Below the pieces are notes generated by a model. That model did not search any database and was not told the origin of the DNA. It was given only the letters and a program-made list of their open reading frames with translations. A stretch of 40,732 nt of DNA from a virus (lineage: Duplodnaviria; Heunggongvirae; Uroviricota; Caudoviricetes). The DNA lies in IMG/VR virus record IMGVR_UViG_2859827302_000005, positions 1 to 40,732 of that record. One strand, given 5' to 3'. Every line of letters starts with the position of its first letter. Position 1 is the first letter of the stretch. Shown here one piece after another: positions 19,177 through 28,993 of this stretch. Both the position numbers and the translations under genes were made by a program.

Positions 19177-20649
19177 TCACCGTCTTCTGACGCCTGTGAC
19201 ACGCTCCCCCTGGACCGCAGCCGGTGAATGGTTCGCCATGAAATGTTCAAACAGGGCGGTTGTGGATGCAGAGACCGGTTCTGCCTTACCTGATCCCGCA
19301 GCCAGCACAGCCCGGGCGCTCTCCACGGTCATTCCCGGGCAGGCAGCCAGCTGTTCAGCCTGCGCCTCAGCCCCTTTTGCCTCATCCAGTGCCATGATCT
19401 GATCACGGAGTGATGGTCCGGCATTCGCCTGCGGTGAAGCAGCCAGGATCGGGCGGGCTTTTTCCACCGTCATCTCCGGCATCGCCGCCAGCGTTGCTGC
19501 CAGTTGTTCACGACCGTTCGCTTCTTCACACGCCATAATGCGATCGGCTTCACTCTGCGCGGATGCCACCGGCTGCTGCGGTGCCGCCGCGGCCAGAATC
19601 GCCCGGGCCTGTTCAACGCTCATGCCCTGTTGCCCTGCCAGCATCGTGGCAAGCTGTTCACGTCCTTTCGCTTCCTGGCATGTCAGGATCCCCATCACTC
19701 GCTGGTTCTCCTGCACGGCGGCTTCCGTTGCAGTTAATTGCGGCATAGTGCCTCCTCTGACATTACTGTTCAGCGCCGTGGCCATCACACTGATGGCATC
19801 CGACGCATTGATTAATTCATCCGCCAGCCCGGCCTCAATGCCGGACTGACCTTCAAAAACGGCGGCCTCTGTTCCCGTGACCGCATCCACAGACAACCCG
19901 GTATACATCGCCACTTTTTCGGCAAACATCCGGTGCGCCGCATCAATCCGCTGCTGCATATCCTGGCGAACCTCTGCCGGCAACGCTTCAAACTGATTGC
20001 CATCCACCTTGTGCGCCCCGGCATAAATCAGCGTGATATCCACACCGGCCTGCGCCAGATGACCGGCATAGCTGACATGGCTCATCATCACGCCAATGGA
20101 GCCGATACGGGATGTCTGGGTAACCAGCCGTCGGGAGCAGGCCGACGCCAGCAGCATGGCTGCAGAACAGGCCGTGTCATTGCACAGTGCCCAGACCGGC
20201 TTCTGCTGACGGAGGCGGTAAATCATGTCAGCGCAGTCAAACGCGCCGGCGGCCTGCCCGCCCGGACTGTCAATGTCCAGCAGTATGCCCCGCACCTGGC
20301 TATCTGCCATTGCCTGCTGAAGACAGGCGACAATGCCGTCATAGCCAGTCATTCCGGAAAATGGCCGCATCCCCCCCAGCCGGTGCACCAGCGTGCCGGT
20401 CACCGGCAGTACCGCAATACCGTTCACCACCCGGTAAACACGGGCCGGTCGTTTACCTCCGGCCATGTACTCGTCCGTTTCAGCCAGCATTCCGGGAGCA
20501 TCAAGCTGTACCTGCTGTTGTGGTACCGAAAGACTTGCTGCGCCCATCTCGCGCCCGAGCGCGCAAAAGAAAACCCGCGCATAGGCGGGCTCCAGAAGCA
20601 GCGGTTCATTGAATGCTGCGGCAATAATGTGTGAAAGATTACGTCTCAC
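19177..20649 (-). CDS. C: head maturation protease C (S49 family) with nested scaffold Nu3
   Basis: 490 aa. N-terminal ClpP/S49-like protease region; C-terminal scaffold region with three tandem ~45-50 aa repeats. Confidence 0.85.
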   Translation of the reverse strand: MRRNLSHIIAAAFNEPLLLEPAYARVFFCALGREMGAASLSVPQQQVQLDAPGMLAETDEYMAGGKRPARVYRVVNGIAVLPVTGTLVHRLGGMRPFSGMTGYDGIVACLQQAMADSQVRGILLDIDSPGGQAAGAFDCADMIYRLRQQKPVWALCNDTACSAAMLLASACSRRLVTQTSRIGSIGVMMSHVSYAGHLAQAGVDITLIYAGAHKVDGNQFEALPAEVRQDMQQRIDAAHRMFAEKVAMYTGLSVDAVTGTEAAVFEGQSGIEAGLADELINASDAISVMATALNSNVRGGTMPQLTATEAAVQENQRVMGILTCQEAKGREQLATMLAGQQGMSVEQARAILAAAAPQQPVASAQSEADRIMACEEANGREQLAATLAAMPEMTVEKARPILAASPQANAGPSLRDQIMALDEAKGAEAQAEQLAACPGMTVESARAVLAAGSGKAEPVSASTTALFEHFMANHSPAAVQGERVTGVRRR

Positions 20650-22231
20650 GTGGTGTTGTCTCCTCTTCCTGCCTGCGACTCTCCGCTATCTGCTGCTGAT
20701 ACGCCTGCGCTATCCACACCGGACGTGAGAGTCCGGCTTTTTCCCGCTCTGCAGATTCCCTGACCTGCTGGCGGAAAATGTCCTGATAATCCTCGCCCAT
20801 CAGCGCCAGCTCTTTCTCATACGTGCTCAGTCCGGCCTCAATGCGCATCACTGATTCCTGAACCTCCTTGAGCCCGTCAATGGCCATTCTTCCGGCTCCA
20901 ATCCACTCAGCCCGTGACCAGGCTGATCGCGCCTGATAAAAATCAAAACGTGCCCGTGGCGGACGAATAATCCCCCGAAGAAGTGCCTCTTCCAGCCAGC
21001 AGGAAAACATCTGCGTGGCCAGCCGGGACGCAATAAATTTTCGCCGCCCCATAAAATAGCGCCACGACTCATTGGCGGATGCGCGGGCACTTGAATAACT
21101 GACCTTCGAGTAATCACGGGACAACTGTTCGTAGGAAACGCCAAGACCGGCGGCGATATACCGCAGCAGCGCCTGTTCAAGCGCCGAAAATCCATTGTCT
21201 GAATCCTGCGCGGTCTGAAGTTTCAGATCATCACCGGGGAAAAGGTGCGGAATTTTGACACCGCCCAGCGTCACGCTATTCGTGTCATACCAGGTGGAGA
21301 ACTTATCCAGAATATTAATAAGCGGATTATCCTTCTGCCCCTGCGGCGCACCGGCGATATATTCAAAGGCCTTTTCGGTATCAAGGTCACTTTCAATCGT
21401 CGCTGCATACATCGCCTTCACTATGGCCGACTGAAGCTGTGTTGCCTGCAGGGAATCCAGCATCTTCAGCCGTTCCATAACGCTGTAAAACTGATTGGCT
21501 CCACGGGTCTGCCCGTCCTCCACCGGCTCGAAAATATGCAGCATGGCCGGACGCCCGGTGGGTAGTTCACGCGGGATCCGTTCCCATCGTCCACTCCCGG
21601 AGCGAGGAAAATCATCCTCACAGATATGGTACGCAACGGCACGGCCATATCGATCAACCTCCACACCAGCCCGCAGAAAACGGTTCCCGATACCGTGTCC
21701 TGGCGTGTCCACCCGTTTCGGACTCACGGCTTTAAAACGCGTACGAAACAGTTGCGTACTCTCCGTATCCCAGACCGGCTGCACAAAGATTTCGCCGTTA
21801 AACGCATGAACGCCCACACCTTCACGGATAAATTCCGTAAACGTGCGTTTCCCTTCCACGTCGATCTCACCAAACATCCCTTCTGCGTATTCTGACCAGG
21901 CCGCCTCCACCTCATCGACAAAACTTTTTGCCGCGGTCTCCCGCATCCCCAGCCAGCGCCAGTTCGGACGGTAGCTAATCAGAAACATATGCCCGACAAT
22001 GTGATCCTTATGCAGGGCCACCGCATTGGCCGCTATTCCGTTATTGCGCACCAGATCATCTGCACGGGCATTCCCCAGACGCAACGCGGGCAGCAGGGCC
22101 GCATCGGCACTCTGCGAGGGTGGCAACCACTCTGCCATTTGCCCGCCAAATCCTGCACCGCCACCGGTGTAGCTGAGGCTCTCCCGAAGCGGAACGCCGT
22201 TCACATCAATCAGGACAGGCGTTCGTTTCAT
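20639..22231 (-). CDS. B: portal protein B
   Basis: 530 aa, lambda B-like. Confidence 0.9.
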   Translation of the reverse strand: MKRTPVLIDVNGVPLRESLSYTGGGAGFGGQMAEWLPPSQSADAALLPALRLGNARADDLVRNNGIAANAVALHKDHIVGHMFLISYRPNWRWLGMRETAAKSFVDEVEAAWSEYAEGMFGEIDVEGKRTFTEFIREGVGVHAFNGEIFVQPVWDTESTQLFRTRFKAVSPKRVDTPGHGIGNRFLRAGVEVDRYGRAVAYHICEDDFPRSGSGRWERIPRELPTGRPAMLHIFEPVEDGQTRGANQFYSVMERLKMLDSLQATQLQSAIVKAMYAATIESDLDTEKAFEYIAGAPQGQKDNPLINILDKFSTWYDTNSVTLGGVKIPHLFPGDDLKLQTAQDSDNGFSALEQALLRYIAAGLGVSYEQLSRDYSKVSYSSARASANESWRYFMGRRKFIASRLATQMFSCWLEEALLRGIIRPPRARFDFYQARSAWSRAEWIGAGRMAIDGLKEVQESVMRIEAGLSTYEKELALMGEDYQDIFRQQVRESAEREKAGLSRPVWIAQAYQQQIAESRRQEEETTPRET

Positions 22232-22434
22232 AACCTCACTCCCAGCGGACGACGGCGACGGCGGGTTGTCCCCAGTACCGACTCCGCATCATTGATCGCC
22301 CGGTTAAGCTCATCCAGAGAAGCTGCCGTATATTCAATTCTGCGACCATCTTTCTGGACAGACACCACCCGTTTACCGGTTAATAAATCAAGGCGCGCCT
22401 GACGCAGCGCCTGCAGTTCAGCGACTGTAACCAT
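22228..22434 (-). CDS. W: head-tail joining protein W
   Basis: 68 aa, lambda W-like (…LTGKRVVSVQKDGRRIEYTAASL…). Confidence 0.85.
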   Translation of the reverse strand: MVTVAELQALRQARLDLLTGKRVVSVQKDGRRIEYTAASLDELNRAINDAESVLGTTRRRRRPLGVRL

Positions 22435-24346
22435 TCACTCCTCCGGACAGCTTCGCTGCCAGTTCTTTAAGGGTTGGCCGGGTCGTCTCTTCTTCCCGGG
22501 ATTTTGCCAGTACAGCCAGATCAAGCTGCCAGCGTTGCACGGACACACGTAATGCCGCGTAGGCATACACCAGGCAGTCCAGCGCTTCGTTACGCCGCTT
22601 TTTGTTATCCCACAGCAGACGCATCTTTCCTTTTTCCCACTTCTCCACAAGCTCTTCCGCCACCAGTTGCTGCGCCTCTGTCTGCGAAAAAATCTCCGGA
22701 TCATCAGGAAAACGGATGGCATACGACGTGGCTTCATCCACAGGCGTGGGATCGGCTTTCATACGGGCATAGAGAATTTCTTTTGCGGTGTCCGTCCCCA
22801 CTTCACACAGATACACGCCCCGCTGATTGCGGGTTTTTGGCATGGTGATCACCGGCTTGCCATAGACAGATGCGCCTTTTACCGGCAGCACCCGGAAAAC
22901 ACCGTGTTTTTTTGACCTCTGATAAACGATTTCGCCATCAATCCCCCCGATGTCCCAGCAGACACGGGAAATAGTCATTTCGGTTCCGTCTGCATGGCGG
23001 TATTTTTTGTTGATCGCCGCATCCACACGTAATAGCGTCTCTTCCTCATCGGGACGCCCCATAATGATGATTTTATCCACCAGAAAGGCTTCCTCTCCCG
23101 GAGCCCATCCCCAGACATACATCTCAAAACGGTTTCGCTGCGAGTCAATGCCCGCCGTCAGATAAACCACCCGGGCAGGCACCGCCGTCGTGTAACGCAC
23201 AACCTTATCCATCAGTACCTGGTGATCGAGTTTTTCGCCCACGGCCTCTTCCCAGGTCTCGCCCAGCGTGGTGTTCACAAAGGTTTTCAGGCCGTTGGGA
23301 TCTTTCAGTGCATCCAGCCAGTCATAGACAATCTGTACCCAGGTGGTGAACGGACTGTACGCCGTCCAGATATGGAAAGTGATGGAGCGCGGCGGTGGAA
23401 TTTCATCACCCCGGGCGCTGAAAAACATCAGGCCGTCACGGGTCCACATGCCCGTGTTTTCACAGATCCACCGCCCGTTACTCTGGTCAAGCTCAGACTG
23501 ATGGATCACACAGCCATGATGCTCACAAAGGTAGAAAACACTTTCTGGCTTATTCTTCTCCCACTTAAGACCGAAAGGCGAGGCATCATCGCCAAATTTC
23601 AGATACTGCTCCTCCCCACAGTGCGGACAGGGCACATAAAAACGCATGAAGTGTGCCGACTCGTTAGCGGCTTTTTCGATCTGGCAGGAGCCTTTGATTT
23701 TAGGCGTCGAGCCGCGAATGGATTTTGGCCATACAGAGCCCTCAATACGTTTATCCCCCAGCAGGGTTGGCGAACCCTCTTTTTCAACATCCGGTTCGAA
23801 CGAGGAAAGCTCGTCATAACAGACCACATCCACGGATTTTTCACGGTAGTTTTTTGCTGCCGCACCACCCAGACACCAGAACCCCACACCGGAGGAAAAA
23901 CGCTTCAGGGTGAGCGTATTATCGCGGTGTTTTCTTCCGAACCATGGAGCCAGCTCCAGCAATGCAGGAACATCCCTTATCGTTGGCTCAACATGAGATT
24001 TCATAAAATCTTCAGCAGCTGAGTCCGTGGGCTGAAAAAGAAGGCTGTTGCGTGATTTATGCTCAATAAAATAAGCCTCCACTCCCAGCAACATCTTTGT
24101 ATAACCAACACGGGCAGATTTAATCAGGTTAACCGTACGAATCAGATCGTTGCCCATACAGTTCATGATGCCAACCTGAAACGGCAGTGTTTCCCACCGC
24201 CCCGGGGTATAAGACGACTCTTTAGGAAGGTAATAATGTTTATTGGCCCACTGAACTGTCGTCAGTGGAACAGGAATAATGAGAGATAAAAGCCCTGTAG
24301 CTATCGCACCGGCTGCATTAGCTGCCTTCTGCGCGTCTGAAATCAT
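22418..24346 (-). CDS. A: terminase large subunit A
   Basis: Lambda A-like throughout (…[25 protein letters not shown]…). Start taken at the internal ATG at 24346, overlapping the Nu1 3' end as in lambda. Confidence 0.9.
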   Translation of the reverse strand: MISDAQKAANAAGAIATGLLSLIIPVPLTTVQWANKHYYLPKESSYTPGRWETLPFQVGIMNCMGNDLIRTVNLIKSARVGYTKMLLGVEAYFIEHKSRNSLLFQPTDSAAEDFMKSHVEPTIRDVPALLELAPWFGRKHRDNTLTLKRFSSGVGFWCLGGAAAKNYREKSVDVVCYDELSSFEPDVEKEGSPTLLGDKRIEGSVWPKSIRGSTPKIKGSCQIEKAANESAHFMRFYVPCPHCGEEQYLKFGDDASPFGLKWEKNKPESVFYLCEHHGCVIHQSELDQSNGRWICENTGMWTRDGLMFFSARGDEIPPPRSITFHIWTAYSPFTTWVQIVYDWLDALKDPNGLKTFVNTTLGETWEEAVGEKLDHQVLMDKVVRYTTAVPARVVYLTAGIDSQRNRFEMYVWGWAPGEEAFLVDKIIIMGRPDEEETLLRVDAAINKKYRHADGTEMTISRVCWDIGGIDGEIVYQRSKKHGVFRVLPVKGASVYGKPVITMPKTRNQRGVYLCEVGTDTAKEILYARMKADPTPVDEATSYAIRFPDDPEIFSQTEAQQLVAEELVEKWEKGKMRLLWDNKKRRNEALDCLVYAYAALRVSVQRWQLDLAVLAKSREEETTRPTLKELAAKLSGGVNGYSR

Positions 24347-24866
24347 CGATCCACCCGCCCACGTTTTCACCGGCCTTAGCTGAAACATTGGAGGCTTTCG
24401 CGATTTCAGTTTTCACCACATCAAGGTGTGATGGTGAAATGTCCGGATATTTACGCTGTAATGTCAACGGCACACGCACAAGTATCCCCGAAATCTCCTG
24501 TGCCACACGTTGCAGAATGAAGGTAAACAGTTCAGTTTCCAGCACTACTCCGTCTTCACGGGCATTTTTCAGTTCCTGCGCATCTGCCTGCGCTTTTGTG
24601 AGCCGGTAGCGTTCATAGTCAATGGTGCCGGGTTGTAAATCTGACTCCGCTGCCGCACGCAAATCGTCCAGTTCTTTGCGGAGCTTTTCGTTTTCGATAT
24701 CAGTTTCCCTCTGCGCATACCACTGAATTGCCATGGCAGTATCAAATACAGATTCAATGCCCTTACTACCTTTGGAGGCGCAAGGGAGTCCCTGAGACTG
24801 CCAGCGTTCAATCGTCCGCGGGTCCACGTTGAAAATTTCGGCAAGCCTCTTTTTATTAACCTTCAT
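24318..24866 (-). CDS. nu1: terminase small subunit Nu1
   Basis: 182 aa, lambda Nu1-like ([28 protein letters not shown]…). Confidence 0.9.
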   Translation of the reverse strand: MKVNKKRLAEIFNVDPRTIERWQSQGLPCASKGSKGIESVFDTAMAIQWYAQRETDIENEKLRKELDDLRAAAESDLQPGTIDYERYRLTKAQADAQELKNAREDGVVLETELFTFILQRVAQEISGILVRVPLTLQRKYPDISPSHLDVVKTEIAKASNVSAKAGENVGGWIDDFRRAEGS

Positions 24867-25043
24867 GAAAACAACCCATTATCAAATACAAGGCCCGACA
24901 TGAAAACGCCAGAAAAAGGCATTTTCGGACACTTTCATGTCGGACCTTTACGGATGCAATATTAAAAAAAAACAAAAAGTTATATTCGAGAAGTACCGAC
25001 ACGATTTTCCCTGAAAAATTTTCATAAATAGTGAAAAACCGCG

Positions 25044-25055
25044 AGGTCGCCGCCC
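25044..25055 (-). other. cosN cohesive-end sequence (GGGCGGCGACCT on minus strand)
   Basis: Minus strand reads ggggcggcgacctcgcggtttttcactatttatgaaaatttt, matching the lambda left end as I recall it. cosB would extend toward Nu1 (about 24867..25043). Confidence 0.65.
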
Positions 25056-25308
25056 CGTAACGGCCCGGATCGCCGGAAAGGACCCGCAAAAATGATAATG
25101 GTTATCATTTTCAATGTAGTCCGGTTTCTTCCACCATCGCACCGGACAGGCGACTATGAGGGGACAACGCCGCGCTCCGTTAACGCGGTAAACCCCGGTG
25201 TGTATCGTTTTTGATTATCCCCGCACACTCGCGCAGAGGAGTCTCCCGGTCGGGCTGCGGTCTCTGTTAATGCGGGGATACGGCGACAATACCGCGCATC
25301 AGCAAAAC

Positions 25309-25776
25309 TTATTTCAGGCACTGAGTGCGGATATATTCCTGCGCCACTTCCAGCTGCTTCTGCATCAGCATCAACCGCTCTCTGAGAGTGAAATAATCCC
25401 GTTCAGCGGTGTCTGCCAGTCGGGGGCCGGTTGCATTATCCACGCCGGAGGTGGTGGGGGCTTCACGCACGGTACCGGGGCAGGTGGCGTTGATCCGCAG
25501 GCGCTTACGACCAGCGGCAACGTCAGCGCGCAGAGTTTCATTTTCAGCTCTCGCATCGGCTAATTCCCTCGAGTATCTGGCATCAAGTGCAGCAACATCA
25601 CGCTGGCGCTGCTGCATATCAGTAATGGTTGCATTTGCCTGCTCCAGCTCACTGACTTTTTTATCGCGCTGCTCTTTGTAGGTTATGGCGTTATCACGGT
25701 AATGATTCAGCCCCAGACTAAGCGCACCACAGGCCACCAGCAGGGCAATGATGACCACGCACAGTACGCGGTTCAT
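25309..25776 (-). CDS. Rz: i-spanin Rz
   Basis: 155 aa, lambda Rz-like (…NHYRDNAITYKEQRDK…). Confidence 0.9.
   Translation of the reverse strand: MNRVLCVVIIALLVACGALSLGLNHYRDNAITYKEQRDKKVSELEQANATITDMQQRQRDVAALDARYSRELADARAENETLRADVAAGRKRLRINATCPGTVREAPTTSGVDNATGPRLADTAERDYFTLRERLMLMQKQLEVAQEYIRTQCLK
25371..25541 (-). CDS. Rz1: o-spanin Rz1 (lipoprotein embedded in +1 frame of Rz)
   Basis: MKLCALTLPLVVSACGS lipobox followed by a Pro-rich region, nested inside Rz. Confidence 0.8.
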   Translation of the reverse strand: MKLCALTLPLVVSACGSTPPAPVPCVKPPPPPAWIMQPAPDWQTPLNGIISLSESG

Positions 25777-25942
25777 TTCACCACCAGCGTATCTGACCGA
25801 TGAAATAACCGGAGGCCATAATCACAAACACCAGCCAGATAAGAATGAACTTCCAGGTGGATAATTTTTCAGCCATCTCCCGAATCAGTTTGCTAAAATC
25901 AAACACACTTTCTCCTTTGACTTTTCCAGAGTCAGGAAACAC

Positions 25943-25976
25943 AAAACCCCGCTTGCAGCCAACAAACGGGGTTTTT
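25943..25976. terminator. hairpin with flanking A/T runs (possible bidirectional terminator) between R and Rz
   Basis: aaaaccccg...cggggtttt with a roughly 15-nt loop, flanked by A-run and T-run. Confidence 0.35.
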
Positions 25977-26065
25977 ACTTTTATTCACTTAGTTTTTGTC
26001 AGTTCGCAGGATTTCGTGTTATCCGTCCGTGTAAGCAAACCGCATTTTTCAGCAAAATATTCTGC

Positions 26066-26599
26066 TTATCTGTCGATACCCCAGCACGCCAGCGCGCTCT
26101 CCTGGTCACGACGGGATACCTGACCGTAGCAGTTGTTTGAACGAATACGGCAGTCTCTGCCACCGTCCTTAATCCACCAGCGAATCGCCTCACACGCTCC
26201 CCTGCGATCACCTGCATTAATTCGTTTATAAAACGTCGACGGGAAACACTTACCGGGACCAATGTTGTACGGACAGAATGACGCGATCCCCGCTTTCTGG
26301 GGTTCGCTCAATGGCACTCTGATGTTTTTCTCCACCCATGCCAGCGCCTTATCACGCTCAATGGCGTTAACCCGGTCGCATTTTTCCTTCGACAACTTCA
26401 TGCCCGGAACGACAGGTTTGCCATCCACCAGGATGGCACCGCGGCAGATGGTCCAGATACCCGCGCCATCACGGTATGCCGTGGTGTGGTTACCTTCCTT
26501 TTCATCCAGAAACTGGTCGAGAATGTCAGGCGCAGGCGCACCAGCGGCAATCAGCGCCAGAACGGCAGCCGACAGGCCGTATCTGATTTTTGCGTTCAT
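26066..26599 (-). CDS. R: SAR endolysin (lysozyme), RrrQ-like
   Basis: 177 aa, near-identical to my recollection of the E. coli Qin-prophage lysozyme RrrQ, with an N-terminal signal-arrest-release segment. Confidence 0.9.
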   Translation of the reverse strand: MNAKIRYGLSAAVLALIAAGAPAPDILDQFLDEKEGNHTTAYRDGAGIWTICRGAILVDGKPVVPGMKLSKEKCDRVNAIERDKALAWVEKNIRVPLSEPQKAGIASFCPYNIGPGKCFPSTFYKRINAGDRRGACEAIRWWIKDGGRDCRIRSNNCYGQVSRRDQESALACWGIDR

Positions 26600-26704
26600 G
26601 GATATTTATCAGGATTTATCGGTTTCTGAGCCCTGGATATGTTTATCAGTTCCAGCCTGTTGCCTCAGGCTGCTAACAGGTCAATACAATCATGAGGATT
26701 ATTT

Positions 26705-26977
26705 ATGGACAATAACACCATTTCTCTACAGGAGTTGCTCGACAGCATTTCCAGGCTTCGGGAAGACGTGAATACCCTTACCGTCGCCTTCTCATATCTG
26801 GCATTCTCAATTCCAAGGGAACAGATGCAATCAACGCTGGCATCAATCCAGTTTGAATCATGCAATCCCAAATGGTCTCAGGAACAACAAGACTCTTTCA
26901 GGCGGCTTGCTGTATTACTGGATGAAAAATATGCTGGTAAAATTACCATTTCGGCGGACTCTTCAGAGAACCCGTAA
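26705..26977 (+). CDS. hypothetical 90-aa protein, convergent ORF inside the lysis cassette
   Basis: Strong GAGGA Shine-Dalgarno 7 nt before the ATG, with a possible TTGCCT/TACAAT promoter upstream. 3' end overlaps the ydfR-like gene by 35 nt. No family recognised. Confidence 0.4.
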   Translation: MDNNTISLQELLDSISRLREDVNTLTVAFSYLAFSIPREQMQSTLASIQFESCNPKWSQEQQDSFRRLAVLLDEKYAGKITISADSSENP

Positions 26978-27287
26978 TTATTCCCGGTAGTTTTCCTCTG
27001 TAGGTTATCAACACATCCTGCGCCTCTAAAATTACGGGACGCTTTTCCGGCGACTGCTCATCCCCTTCACATAACCCGGCAGCAACATCCAGGAAGACCT
27101 GTCTGATGCTCCTTCTGGCTGCTGCCTCATAAAACTCCAGCGCGGCACCTTCAACACGGTCCAGCGCGATGTCCAGGTCAAAAATTTCACCGTCAAAGCG
27201 TTTTTTGTCCCGTAACGCTAAAGTTACCGTAACTTTATTCTCAAAATTGCGGATCCCTTTCACAATCAGTTCATAGTTTTGAGTCAT
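26943..27287 (-). CDS. ydfR: YdfR-like lysis-cassette protein (DUF1327-like)
   Basis: 114 aa between holin and endolysin, as in the Qin essQ-ydfR-rrrQ arrangement. GGAGAG Shine-Dalgarno. Confidence 0.6.
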   Translation of the reverse strand: MTQNYELIVKGIRNFENKVTVTLALRDKKRFDGEIFDLDIALDRVEGAALEFYEAAARRSIRQVFLDVAAGLCEGDEQSPEKRPVILEAQDVLITYRGKLPGIITGSLKSPPKW

Positions 27288-27291
27288 TGAA

Positions 27292-27507
27292 TTACTCTCC
27301 CCGTGCCGCCTTACGACGGTCCTCTCTGATTTTGAAATACAGGTTAGTCAGATATGTCAGCAGCCCAAACAGCAGACTCCCCAGCACGCCTATTGCCGCC
27401 CACTGAGACGGGGAAACCCTGTCCAGCAACTGCAGGAACCAGTAGCCCGTTCCCACCGCTGACGTGGTGTATGACACACCTGTTGTGATTTTTTCCATCT
27501 GGTACAT
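27292..27507 (-). CDS. S: class II holin (S21/EssQ-like) with dual-start motif
   Basis: 71 aa, [28 protein letters not shown]…, two transmembrane segments. Dual starts at Met1 and Met4. Confidence 0.8.
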   Translation of the reverse strand: MYQMEKITTGVSYTTSAVGTGYWFLQLLDRVSPSQWAAIGVLGSLLFGLLTYLTNLYFKIREDRRKAARGE

Positions 27508-27618
27508 ACCCCGTCTCCCGTTATCCGGAAGCTGACAACAATAAAAAAAGCCACCAGTTAAGTACTGATGGCTCTGATAACTCATGCAGGCCTCTCAGAC
27601 GACCCACTGGATTTGCCC

Positions 27619-28524
27619 CTATATTTCCAGACATCTGTTATCACTTAACCCATTACAAGCCCGCTGCCGCAGATATTCCCGTGGCGAGCGATAACCCAGC
27701 GCACTATGCGGATGCCATTCGTTATAATGCTCGAACGCCTCTGCAAGGTTCTTTGCTGCCGTTAACCCGTCTGGTTTGGGCATGATACTGATGTAGTCAC
27801 GCTTTATCGTTTGCACGAAGCTCTCTGCTATTCCGTTACTCTCCGGACTCCGCACCGCCGTGTTCTTCGGTTCAAGTCCCAACATCCGGGCGAACTGGCG
27901 TGTTTCATTAGCCCGGTAGCATGAACCATTATCCGTCAGCCACTCCACTGGAGACGACGGAAGATCGTTGCCGAAGCGGCGTTCCACCGCTCCCAGCATG
28001 ACGTCCTGTACTGTTTCACTGTTGAAGCCGCCGGTAGTCACCGCCCAGTGCAGTGCCTCACGATCACAGCAGTCCAGCGCGAACGTGACACGCAGTCTCT
28101 CTCCGTTATCACAGCAGAACTCGAACCCGTCAGAGCACCATCGCTGATTGCTTTCTTTCACGGCCACTCTGCCTGTATGTGCCCGTTTCGATGGTGGTAC
28201 AGCAGGTTTTCGCTCAAGCAACAGCGCATTCTGGCGCATGATCCGGTAAACACGTTTGGCATTGATCGCAGGCATACCATCAAGTTCTGCCTGTCTGCGA
28301 AGCAGCGCCCATACCCGACGATAACCATACGTGGGCAGCTCTCCGATAACATGGTGTATACGGAGAAGCACATCCGTATCATCAGTGTGACGACTGCGGC
28401 GGCCATCCATCCAGTCATCGGTTCGTCTGAGAATGACGTGCAACTGCGCACGCGACACCCGGAGACAACGGCTGACTAAGCTTACTCCCCATCCCCGGGC
28501 AATAAGGGCGCGTGCGCTATCCAC
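27619..28524 (-). CDS. insD: IS2 transposase OrfB (InsD)
   Basis: 301-aa ORF with DDE integrase-like sequence; in IS2 it is expressed as a frameshift fusion with InsC. Confidence 0.9.
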
Positions 28525-28847
28525 TTTTTTGCCCGTCCATATTCAACGGCTTCTTTGAGGAGTTCATTTTCCATCGTTTTCTTGCCGAGCAGGCGCTGGA
28601 GTTCTTTAATCTGCTTCATGGCGGCAGCAAGTTCAGAGGCAGGAACAACCTGTTCTCCGGCGGCCACAGCAGTAAGACTTCCTTCCTGGTATTGCTTACG
28701 CCAGAGAAATAACTGGCTGGCTGCTACACCATGTTGCCGGGCAACGAGGGAGACCGTCATCCCCGGTTCAAAGCTCTGCTGAACAATTGCGATCTTTTCC
28801 TGTGTGGTACGCCGTCTGCGTTTCTCCGGCCCTAAGACATCAATCAT
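28482..28847 (-). CDS. insC: IS2 OrfA (InsC)
   Basis: 121 aa, [41 protein letters not shown]…, helix-turn-helix. Confidence 0.9.
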
Positions 28848-28993
28848 CTGTACTCCAATGACTAGTCTAAAAACTAGTATTAAGACTATCACTTATTTAA
28901 GTGATACTGGTTGTCTGGAGATTCAGGGGGCCAGTCTACCCACTGACACTACCGGTGAGTTTAACGATACCTTCCATTTGACTGGCTCACTTT

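Larger units (their letters stand above)
27608..28938 (-). mobile_element. IS2 (copy 1), 1331 bp
   Basis: Ends TGGATTTGCCCC… and …TCAGGGGGCCAGTCTA. 5-bp target-site duplication CCCAC at 27603-27607 and 28939-28943. Confidence 0.95.

Noticed and set aside
19933-20634. 233-aa and 141-aa plus-strand ORFs
   Set aside because: Antisense to the C protease gene; GC-rich frame artefacts.
23222-24022. 266-aa plus-strand ORF
   Set aside because: Antisense to terminase A.
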